A stretch of 64,000 nucleotides of DNA from an uncultured Desulfocapsa sp. (lineage in GTDB: Bacteria; Desulfobacterota; Desulfobulbia; Desulfobulbales; Desulfocapsaceae), in NCBI GenBank assembly GCA_964621915.1, contig CAZUPS010000009.1:14200-78199 (forward strand), given 5' to 3'. The translations under genes and the position numbers were made by a program. The notes beneath the pieces were generated by a model. The model worked only from the letters and a program-made list of their open reading frames with translations. It had not been told where the DNA came from and did not search any database. Shown here in pieces: positions 28,584 through 36,842 of the stretch; positions within the stretch are counted from its first letter, which is position 1, and every line of letters begins with the position of its first letter.

Positions 28584-30776
28584 ATGAAGAAGACATTCTA
28601 TCCACTTCTAGCAGTGCTTATGGTCTGTTCACCAGCCCTTGCTATGGCAACAGAGCAGAAGCCACTCAATCTGGAAGAACAGGATGCCAAAGCCATGGCA
28701 GAGATGTTCCCAGAGGATGCGCCCTCGGAGGGTAGTGTATACCGGGCTGACCGGCTGCTGATCTCCGCCACCGGCTCTGAGAAACCCGTGCGTTTAGCAC
28801 CATCGGTGGCCTCAGTTGTCACCATGGAAGAGATCGAGCAGATGGGTGCCAGAACTCTCAATGAAGTGCTGGAGACCGTCCCCGGCCTCCATGTTTATCC
28901 CTCCAATAAGAACGTAATGGATAACAACTATTCCATCCGGGGTATCCACACCAGTATCAATCCCCAGACCCTCTTTCTTGTGAATGGTATCCCCGCCAAC
29001 ATGACCGTTACCGGGGCTCGCCCTCCTCTCTTTCAAATGCCGGTTTCTATGATATCCCGAGTGGAGGTGGTACGAGGTCCGGGATCGGCTGTCCACGGTG
29101 CTGATGCCTTTTCCGGGGTGATCAATGTTATCACCAAGGATGGTAAGGAGATCGACGGCCTCCACGGCGGGGCACGTTATGGCTCCTTTGACAGTGTGGA
29201 TGGCTGGACCCAGTACGGTAGCAATCTTAAGGGGTGGGACGTGGCCCTGAGTCTTGACTATATGAGCTCCCAGGGGGATAAAGACAGGGGCATTGGCAAC
29301 GATCTTCAGGGCGTACTCGATAGGGCCCTGGGCACCAATGCCTCCCTGGCTCCTGGTGCTCTGGATACCAGCTATGATATGATCGATGCTCAACTAGCCT
29401 TAAGAAAAAATGAGTGGAATATGCGGCTCTGGGGCTGGAAGAAGAACAACGCAGGGGTTGCAGATGGAGTAACCCAAACCCTGAGCGATGACAGCAGGAT
29501 TGACAATAGTCTCTTTCGTATAGAGACCGGATACGACAACAACTCACCTGGAAAAGACTGGGGGATAAGCTCCCGACTCAGCTATCAATATACCCATTAC
29601 GAAGCCAGAGCACAGCTCTTCCCGGACGGAGCAGTACTGCCCATTGGCGCAGATGGCAATATTGATTTCACCAATCCCACTGGTGCAACCTTTTTTCCCG
29701 ATGGTGTCATCGGTATCCCTGTGAGCATCGAAAACAGGGTTGATTTTGAGACTGCCCTTAACTACGAAGGCTTCGCTCAACAGAAATGGCGGCTGGCAGC
29801 AGGCCTCAATTATACCCATTTCAGTCCCGAAGAGACGAAGAATTTTGGCCCTAGCATACTGGACACCACTCCCACCCCTACGATCAGCACCGGAGTTCTC
29901 ACTGAGATAACCGATTACTCGTTGATGTTTTCTGACCAACAGGAGCGTACCGATCTCTTTCTCTCAGCCCAAGACGAATGGGCCTTTGCCAGAGGCTGGG
30001 AACTTACCGCCGGAGTGCGCTATGACTACTACTCCAACTTTGGTTCCACCATCAATCCCCGCGCCGCCCTGGTCTGGGAGACCAGTCCGCAACTCACCTC
30101 CAAACTATTATACGGACGGGCCTTCCGGGCACCCTCTTTTAACGAACTCTACGTCCAAAACAACCCATCCAATAACGGCAATCCGGACCTTGATCCCGAA
30201 ACCATCGACACCTACGAGCTGGCCTTTATCTGGGAACCGGCCAATAGCCTGACCATGGGAACAAATTTCTTCTATTATGATATTAAAGACCTTATCGAGC
30301 TGGTCCAGGATCCGGGACAAACCACCCTCACCTCACAGAACGCCAAAGATCAGGATGGCTACGGCTTTGAGCTGGAAGCAGCCTGGCAGGCCCTGGACAC
30401 TCTGCAATTCAAGGGCAATATGGCCTTCCAGCATTCAGAAGATACGGCGACAGGTGAACGGGTAGCCGATGCCCCAGGCCTGCAACTGTACCTTACTGGC
30501 AACTGGCAGTTTCGCCCCAACCACTCCCTGGATATCCAATACTTCTGGATTGGTGACAGGGAACGGGGGACGGGTGATACCCGTGAAGACATTAACGACT
30601 ACTCTCTGGTCAATCTGACCCTGCACCGCACCAATATCGCCGAAAACTGGGACGTGACCCTTGCTGCCCGCAACATCTTTGATAAAAATATCCGGGAACC
30701 AAGCCAAGCGGTGATCACTGATGACTACCCCATGGAAGGGCGTTCCTTCTGGGCGGAAGTAAGTTTTCATTATTAG
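28584..30776 (+). CDS. TonB-dependent outer-membrane receptor
   Basis: The ATG is at 28584 (GAGAGG upstream), and the ORF is open from 28524. It has a signal peptide, a plug domain (PSVASVVTMEEIEQMGARTLNEVLETVPGL, VEVVRGPGSAVHGADAFSGVINVITK), a long barrel and a terminal aromatic residue (VSFHY). Confidence 0.9.
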   Translation: MKKTFYPLLAVLMVCSPALAMATEQKPLNLEEQDAKAMAEMFPEDAPSEGSVYRADRLLISATGSEKPVRLAPSVASVVTMEEIEQMGARTLNEVLETVPGLHVYPSNKNVMDNNYSIRGIHTSINPQTLFLVNGIPANMTVTGARPPLFQMPVSMISRVEVVRGPGSAVHGADAFSGVINVITKDGKEIDGLHGGARYGSFDSVDGWTQYGSNLKGWDVALSLDYMSSQGDKDRGIGNDLQGVLDRALGTNASLAPGALDTSYDMIDAQLALRKNEWNMRLWGWKKNNAGVADGVTQTLSDDSRIDNSLFRIETGYDNNSPGKDWGISSRLSYQYTHYEARAQLFPDGAVLPIGADGNIDFTNPTGATFFPDGVIGIPVSIENRVDFETALNYEGFAQQKWRLAAGLNYTHFSPEETKNFGPSILDTTPTPTISTGVLTEITDYSLMFSDQQERTDLFLSAQDEWAFARGWELTAGVRYDYYSNFGSTINPRAALVWETSPQLTSKLLYGRAFRAPSFNELYVQNNPSNNGNPDLDPETIDTYELAFIWEPANSLTMGTNFFYYDIKDLIELVQDPGQTTLTSQNAKDQDGYGFELEAAWQALDTLQFKGNMAFQHSEDTATGERVADAPGLQLYLTGNWQFRPNHSLDIQYFWIGDRERGTGDTREDINDYSLVNLTLHRTNIAENWDVTLAARNIFDKNIREPSQAVITDDYPMEGRSFWAEVSFHY

Positions 30777-30809
30777 ATCAGAACCTCTAGTCTTTAACCT
30801 TCAGTTTTA

Positions 30810-32609
30810 ATGACAACAGACACCACCACAACAACCGTCAGCCTCAGTCAACCCGGTCCTCGTTACCTTATTCCCATCAAGGGCTACTTTGCCCTGATGA
30901 ATATTGTGGTGCTCTGTCTCCTCTTTCCAACCATCAGCTATTTCTTTTATAGCCAGACCACCTCGTTCAGGGATGCTCAGCTTGAACGGGCAGTAAATGA
31001 GCAAACCAAGGCCATGGAACAGCGGGCAACCCTGTTACTCCGGTCACTCTCCCGCACCGGCACCCAGGCCATTTCAAACTATAACTACACGTTCCTCAGC
31101 ACCCTGATCCGTAGAACAGTAAACAGTGATGATGAACTCCTAGCCTGTGAATTTGTCAGCACAGAGGAAAAGAAAGCCGCAGCCGGTATCAGCCTCCCCG
31201 GAATGGTCATGAAGAATGTCTTTACAGCAGACAAGCAGGAAGATGCAATTGACCAACCCCAGACTCACGGGCTAGGCAGTGAACAGCTACCAGTGTTGTT
31301 TTTCGAATATTCCTCACCTTCCTCCAGCTTTTCACCCCTCTTGCTGGTCAAGGTGCCAGTGAATATGGGTGGCAAAATATGGGGTTTTGTCTATTCCGCT
31401 TTTTCGCTTGAACAACGAAACCACCTCATCGAACAGTACCGGCAGGAATGGGGGCTCCAGATCCAACAATACCGACTCTTTCTCTCTGCAGTAACAGCAC
31501 TTTTTTTTATCCTGGGTGTCACCTCGGCCATTCTCTTTACCCGGCCCCTGGTGCGTAGCATTGAAGGCTTACGGGACGGAGTTGACCGAGTGGCTGGAGG
31601 GGACCTATCCCATAGTATCGGATTTGATCGTTTGGCCTGTCGTGAATTTGCAAGCCTTGGCCAGTCATTTAACACCATGACTGACAGTCTGCGCCTGTCA
31701 CGCAAACAACTTGACGAATACGCCCATACCCTTGAAACAAAAGTAGAAGAACGAACCCGGGACCTCCAGGAAGCACAAGCCGAACTCCTCAACCAGGCCC
31801 ATGAAGCAGGTATGGCTGAAATGGCAGTGGGTGTACTCCATAATATTGGCAACGCCATTACGCCGGCCAAGGTGGAAGCACAGGTTTTGGCAAAACAACT
31901 GCAAGAGAGCCGACTACGTACCGGCCTTGCCCAGGCCCTGAAACCACTGCCGGAGCTCATCAAAGAAGCTGCATTAAAAGATGAGGAGAAAGAACGCCTC
32001 CACAAAATAATCGACCTGCTTCCCGCCAGTGTGAGTCAGGAATATGACCAGACCATTGCCGGACTGACCAATATCAGCGACAAACACCACTATATTGAAA
32101 ACATTATCTCCCTGCAGATGCATTATGCCAGGCTCCAGGGTAACCCGGATCTTATTGAAAGCAACCAGATCATACGTGACAGCCTCAAGATAATGGATAA
32201 ACAACTGCATCTGGTACAAATCACAACCGATCTCCAGTCGATGGCCAAAGTACGTCTGGAGGAGAGCAAACTACTGCAGATCCTTGTCAATCTCATCAAG
32301 AACAGTTCTGAAGCCATGACTGATAACGAAAATGACAGTCGTAAACTGCGGATCAGCAGTGCCGACCACAATGAAGAGGTGGTGATCACTGTGAGTGACA
32401 ATGGCTGCGGCTTTGGCAAAGAGATACAAGAAAATATGTTTCGTTTTGGCTACAGCTCCAAATCACGGGGTAGCGGCTTTGGTCTTCACTCCTGTGCCAA
32501 CTACCTTATCGCTAATAACGGATCAATCAGTGCATCCAGCGATGGTGTCGGAAAAGGCGCTGCCTTTTTCGTCCACCTACCCGTTGCAAAAGCAGACGAT
32601 GGAGAATAG
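30810..32609 (+). CDS. Membrane HAMP-domain sensor histidine kinase
   Basis: 599-aa ORF. Layout is TM, a periplasmic segment of about 180 aa, TM, HAMP (RPLVRSIEGLRDGVDRVAGGDLSH), a coiled coil, the H-box GVLHNIGNAITP, and the ATPase motifs DNGCGF and GSGFGLH. Confidence 0.85.
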   Translation: MTTDTTTTTVSLSQPGPRYLIPIKGYFALMNIVVLCLLFPTISYFFYSQTTSFRDAQLERAVNEQTKAMEQRATLLLRSLSRTGTQAISNYNYTFLSTLIRRTVNSDDELLACEFVSTEEKKAAAGISLPGMVMKNVFTADKQEDAIDQPQTHGLGSEQLPVLFFEYSSPSSSFSPLLLVKVPVNMGGKIWGFVYSAFSLEQRNHLIEQYRQEWGLQIQQYRLFLSAVTALFFILGVTSAILFTRPLVRSIEGLRDGVDRVAGGDLSHSIGFDRLACREFASLGQSFNTMTDSLRLSRKQLDEYAHTLETKVEERTRDLQEAQAELLNQAHEAGMAEMAVGVLHNIGNAITPAKVEAQVLAKQLQESRLRTGLAQALKPLPELIKEAALKDEEKERLHKIIDLLPASVSQEYDQTIAGLTNISDKHHYIENIISLQMHYARLQGNPDLIESNQIIRDSLKIMDKQLHLVQITTDLQSMAKVRLEESKLLQILVNLIKNSSEAMTDNENDSRKLRISSADHNEEVVITVSDNGCGFGKEIQENMFRFGYSSKSRGSGFGLHSCANYLIANNGSISASSDGVGKGAAFFVHLPVAKADDGE

Positions 32610-32614
32610 AAAGG

Positions 32615-34312
32615 ATGATCGAAATAAATAAACGCATTCTAGTCATTGATGATGATCATGAAATCTGGAAGGCGTATAAAATGGTCCTTGAACCGGAAAT
32701 CGCACAGCTTGGCTCCGTTAAAGAACAGATGGATCTGCTCCTTGGCAATGGAGAGGAAAAGACTCAGCACGCAGCATCCTATGAGGTGAGTTACGCCGAC
32801 CAGGGCAGAGACGGATTTGTACAGATTGAAAATTCTCTCACCGAGCAGACCCCTTTTGCCGTGGCCTTTATTGATGTACGTATGCCACCGGGCTGGGACG
32901 GTATGAAGACTGCCAGTCGTATTCGTCAGTTGGATAAAGATATTGAAATCGTCATCGTCACTGCCTACTCAGATCGTTCCTGCGAAGAAATTATCCAGCA
33001 GGTCGGATCTCCCGACAAACTGCTCTTTCTCCGTAAACCCTTTGACACCGAAGAACTCAAACAGCTTGCCCTGTCACTCACCGAGAAATGGAACATCGCC
33101 CGGCGGGAAGAGATCCAACGCCTGGAACTGCAGGAGATAATCATTTCCTTGAAAGAATTGCAGCAAGAACAGCAGGCCCTGCAGAAAAAGCTGACGCAAG
33201 CCCAGAAGATGGAGGCCATTGGCCTGATGGCCGGTGGAGTAGCCCATGATCTTAACAATATTCTCTCCGGAATTGTCAGTTATCCTGAATTGATGCTCCT
33301 TAAATTACCGATGGACAGCGAGCTCCGTAAATATGTGCAACCTGTACGAGATGCCGGCCTCCGAGCCTCGGCCGTGGTGGCCGACATGCTTACTGTGGCC
33401 AGGGGAGTGGCCATTGTACGAGAACCATCAGATCTCAACCAGCTGGTTGTCGAATATCTGGAATCACCAGAAGGTCAGGAGCTGCAACGGCTCCATCCGG
33501 ATCTTGAGTTCTCCAGTGCCCTGACCGAGCACAAGGCTGTTATTTCCTGTTCCCAAGTACATATTAAAAAGTGTTTAATGAACCTCATGACCAACGCGGC
33601 TGAGGCCATTGATGGACCGGGAAAAGTAACAATCAGCACCGATATGGTTCCCATTGGGAAAAGGTCCACAGACAGTGGTTCAGTAGCTCTACAAGTTGCC
33701 GATACCGGCCCCGGTATTGCTGTGGAAGATCTGGAGCGAATATTTGAGCCCTTTTATTCAAAGAAAGAACTTGGCCGCAGCGGTACCGGACTTGGACTTG
33801 CCGTGGTCTGGAACTGTATCCAAAACCACGAAGGCAAGGTTGATGTGGAAAGCAGCGCCGAGGGAACAGTCTTCACCCTGCAATTCCCGATAAGTGAGCG
33901 GACTCCAGTCAAGCCCCAAAAACAGACATCCATCGATGACCTGCAGGGCAGTGCCACAGTTCTGGTGGTGGATGATGAAGAGCAGCAACGTGATATTGCC
34001 CTGAACCTGCTCCAGCAACTGGGATACACGGTGCAGACCGTTAGCAGCGGTGAAGAGGCCGTTGAGTATTTAAGAGATAATGCTGTTGATCTGGTACTGC
34101 TTGATATGATCATGGCTCCCGGAATAGATGGTCGCCAGACCTATGAGGAAATTATTACATTCCAGCCGCATCAGAAGGCCCTGGTGGTCAGCGGCTTTTC
34201 AGAAAGTAACGATGTGCAGCAAACCATCGCCCTGGGCGCCGGAGGATTTATCCGCAAACCTTATACCATGGAACAACTTGGAAAAGAAATACAGGAAATA
34301 TTACAAGAATAA
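32615..34312 (+). CDS. Soluble hybrid kinase REC-HisKA-HATPase_c-REC
   Basis: 565-aa ORF. It has an N-terminal receiver with a long insert (ILVIDDD ... FIDVRMPPGWDG ... VTAYSD), the H-box GGVAHDLNNILSGI, ATPase motifs DTGPGI and GTGLGLAVV, and a C-terminal receiver (VLVVDDE ... LVLLDMIMAPGIDG). Confidence 0.9.
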   Translation: MIEINKRILVIDDDHEIWKAYKMVLEPEIAQLGSVKEQMDLLLGNGEEKTQHAASYEVSYADQGRDGFVQIENSLTEQTPFAVAFIDVRMPPGWDGMKTASRIRQLDKDIEIVIVTAYSDRSCEEIIQQVGSPDKLLFLRKPFDTEELKQLALSLTEKWNIARREEIQRLELQEIIISLKELQQEQQALQKKLTQAQKMEAIGLMAGGVAHDLNNILSGIVSYPELMLLKLPMDSELRKYVQPVRDAGLRASAVVADMLTVARGVAIVREPSDLNQLVVEYLESPEGQELQRLHPDLEFSSALTEHKAVISCSQVHIKKCLMNLMTNAAEAIDGPGKVTISTDMVPIGKRSTDSGSVALQVADTGPGIAVEDLERIFEPFYSKKELGRSGTGLGLAVVWNCIQNHEGKVDVESSAEGTVFTLQFPISERTPVKPQKQTSIDDLQGSATVLVVDDEEQQRDIALNLLQQLGYTVQTVSSGEEAVEYLRDNAVDLVLLDMIMAPGIDGRQTYEEIITFQPHQKALVVSGFSESNDVQQTIALGAGGFIRKPYTMEQLGKEIQEILQE

Positions 34313-34463
34313 AGTAAAGGGTGTTGGAAAGTGTCCCTTATGCTATTTTTAAGTATTTTCAGTTTTTCCTATAAATATTTTCAGATTCTGCCGATAAATC
34401 ATTATCTAACAGAATCAGAACTACTTCAACCTTACGGATATCGAAGAGATATACGGAGCTCGA

Positions 34464-34787
34464 ATGACACTATCAGCCATCTCAAATGCTGTATTGGCCA
34501 AAACTCACATCTCTCAGCAAAAAACTGATACCGAGACAAAGCAAAGTGAGAAGGACAGCTCCAACCCCTCTTCAGAGAACACCTTTTCCAGAAACAAATT
34601 TGACGATAACGTAACACTCAGTCAATCCCAAAAGGCAAATGCCTCTTCAAAGGTGGTTGACGAAAAAGCAGCAGAGAAGCTCCTGCATCAAACCAAGAAT
34701 TCGATTCTTGCCCATAGTAAACCAGCCGTGTCTGCCCAGGCCACCATCACTCAACAGATCGCACAGGAATATTTAGCCGAGAATTAA
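34464..34787 (+). CDS. Small polar, probably disordered protein of unknown function (weak FlgM-like look)
   Basis: 107-aa ORF with GGAG 7 nt upstream of the ATG. Its Ser/Gln/Lys/Thr-rich composition and a DDNVTLSQSQ segment recall FlgM anti-sigma factors, but the similarity is weak and there is no flagellar context. Confidence 0.45.
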   Translation: MTLSAISNAVLAKTHISQQKTDTETKQSEKDSSNPSSENTFSRNKFDDNVTLSQSQKANASSKVVDEKAAEKLLHQTKNSILAHSKPAVSAQATITQQIAQEYLAEN

Positions 34788-35204
34788 GGCAAGCCCCTAA
34801 AGGGCGCTGCCTATCACACTGTCTTTTTTTCAAATAGTTGAGCAGCAATCCGCTATTTGGATTTTGAGAGCTCTTGAAAGATCTCCAGCTACAGCTCACT
34901 GTAATTCAGTTAATTTTACTATTACTTAGTTACGCTTCCAGCCTTAATCATTGTTCGATACTCCATACACTTTGTATTTGACTTGAAGAGTGTGCTATTG
35001 ATATCATACTCCAATGTAAAGGAAACATAGAGTCAGTGCCATACCACGATGTAATCTGTGTCTCGTCAACGCTAAAATGACGAACTATTGCGCAGGTCCG
35101 GAAAAGGACAGGTACGATGCGCAGAATATCGCTGAAGTTGGAAAACTCGCCGATCAATTACAACGCATGGTTGGTTCATTCAAAATTTGATGGGGCACTA
35201 ACAG

Positions 35205-36425
35205 ATGAAACTTGAACCGAGAAGATACATCGTCATCGTGGTCTTACTATGGATTGTGAGTATCTTTGCATCCCTTTCCTGGAACCTGTTTCAAATAAAA
35301 GAATCTGCCGAGATAGAGCATCTAAAGACAGCAAAAGCCTTTGTTCAACAAGTTTTAATTACCAGAGCATGGAATGCGTCTCACGCTGGTATCTACCTCC
35401 GTATATCAGACACACTTCAACCAAATCCATTTTTACAGGTTTCTAATAGAGATATCGAGGCTACCAATGGTTTGCAACTTACACTCGTCAACCCGGCATT
35501 TATGACTCGAATGATTTCAGAGATTGCCAATAAACAGGGAGATGTGAAATTCCACATGACGAGTTTAAAACCGATTAACCCCCAGAACAAACCATCCGCA
35601 TGGGAAAGAGTCGGCTTACTAGCTTTTGAAAACAATCAAACGCAGGCTTATTACAACACTGGTAAGGAAAATGGAGCTAAATCTTTCAGCTACATGGCTC
35701 CGTTAGTCACTAACAAATCCTGTCTTCAATGCCACGCAAAACAAGGTTACAAAGAAGGAGAAATTCGAGGTGGGGTCAGTGTCAGTTTTCCGATTACACA
35801 AAAGAAGAATGGAGCTCTGATTGCCAGTCATTTTTTTATGCTTTGTACAGGAGTATTAGTTCTGGCTGGTTTTGGAAATCGAATTGTTAATCTGACTGAA
35901 GCACTGAAAAAACAGTCTAATATTGATGGGCTTACACAAATAGCAAACCGAAGATTCTTTGACGAAACACTTCATCGGGAATGGTTGCGTAGTAGACGAT
36001 TAAGATCACCATTGTCTCTGATTATGTGCGACATAGATTACTTCAAATTATACAATGATACCTACGGCCATCAGTCTGGGGATAGGTGTTTGAAAAAGGT
36101 AGCTCAAGCTTTGCAAGATGCAGCAAAACGTCCGGAAGATTTAGTTGCAAGATATGGAGGAGAGGAGTTTGTAATAATTTTACCTGAGACACCTTCTGAA
36201 GGTGCAACAGTGGTGGCAGAACAAGTACGAGAAGCTGTGGAGTCTTTAAAAATAAAACATAGCTCCAGTGGCATCGCTGAATACGTGACAATCAGCCTTG
36301 GAATTGCAACCCGAACACTCACTCAAGTCTCAGCAGAAAATGAACTTATAGAAAGTGCAGATAAAGCACTATACACCTCCAAAGAGATTGGGAGAAACAT
36401 TTTTACGCATGCTGATGATATATAA
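35205..36425 (+). CDS. Diguanylate cyclase with a periplasmic heme-c DUF3365 (Tll0287-like) sensor
   Basis: 406-aa ORF. Layout is TM, a DUF3365 pattern (RAWNASHAGIYL, LVNPAFMTRM, one CLQCH heme site followed by GYKEGEIRGGVSVSFP), TM, then GGDEF with RYGGEEFVIIL. Confidence 0.85.
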   Translation: MKLEPRRYIVIVVLLWIVSIFASLSWNLFQIKESAEIEHLKTAKAFVQQVLITRAWNASHAGIYLRISDTLQPNPFLQVSNRDIEATNGLQLTLVNPAFMTRMISEIANKQGDVKFHMTSLKPINPQNKPSAWERVGLLAFENNQTQAYYNTGKENGAKSFSYMAPLVTNKSCLQCHAKQGYKEGEIRGGVSVSFPITQKKNGALIASHFFMLCTGVLVLAGFGNRIVNLTEALKKQSNIDGLTQIANRRFFDETLHREWLRSRRLRSPLSLIMCDIDYFKLYNDTYGHQSGDRCLKKVAQALQDAAKRPEDLVARYGGEEFVIILPETPSEGATVVAEQVREAVESLKIKHSSSGIAEYVTISLGIATRTLTQVSAENELIESADKALYTSKEIGRNIFTHADDI

Positions 36426-36566
36426 TGTTTTGAGTTGCTAGTGCAACATCCAAGATCAAATTGATCTCAGGTTGCCGTGTCTACTATATATACGTAATAA
36501 AATAACGATCGAGCCTATGGGACAATCAGCTGGCAATATTTTCAAAGCGGGTTAAAACAACAAAAG

Positions 36567-36836
36567 CTAGCAGCAAGGACCTTCAATCCCCAGCAACTCA
36601 TTGATAATTCCACGTACACAGCCTTCCCCCGCTTCCACAGTAATTGCTCCACTTGGACAGTTACGCATGCAGGCGCCGCACTCCATACACAAATTTCGAC
36701 GGACTATTACCGCTTTTTTAGCCTCTATCCGAAAAACTCCATGGGGACAGACGATACTACACATTGTGCAACCGATACATTTTTCCTGGTCATACTCAAG
36801 TGTCACCACATCTTCTAAATAACGAAATTCTGCCAT
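36567..36836 (-). CDS. hgcB: HgcB, the 2x[4Fe-4S] ferredoxin partner of HgcA
   Basis: 89-aa ORF with the clusters CIGCTMCSIVCP and CMECGACMRNCP (the HgcB-type C(M/I)ECGA motif), an extra Cys in GEGCVRG and a C-terminal Cys pair (GPCC). It lies 6 bp downstream of hgcA. Confidence 0.85.
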   Translation of the reverse strand: MAEFRYLEDVVTLEYDQEKCIGCTMCSIVCPHGVFRIEAKKAVIVRRNLCMECGACMRNCPSGAITVEAGEGCVRGIINELLGIEGPCC

Positions 36837-36842
36837 ATCTAT

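Noticed and set aside
34788-34830. A GC-rich imperfect hairpin (GGCAAGCCCC TAAA GGGCGCTGCC) followed 11 nt later by an 8-nt T-run (34823-34830) after the small polar protein gene
   Set aside because: The stem has three central mismatches and the T-run is separated from it. It is plausible as a weak terminator but not convincing enough to list as a feature.
35077-35190. A short ORF ending 14 nt before the DUF3365-GGDEF start, whose tail NIAEVGKLADQLQRMVGSFKI resembles the extreme C-terminus of methyl-accepting chemotaxis proteins
   Set aside because: Only about 20 residues are similar, the frame closes at 35017-35019, and there is no signalling domain. It could be a relic of an MCP gene or a chance match, and cannot be supported without a search.
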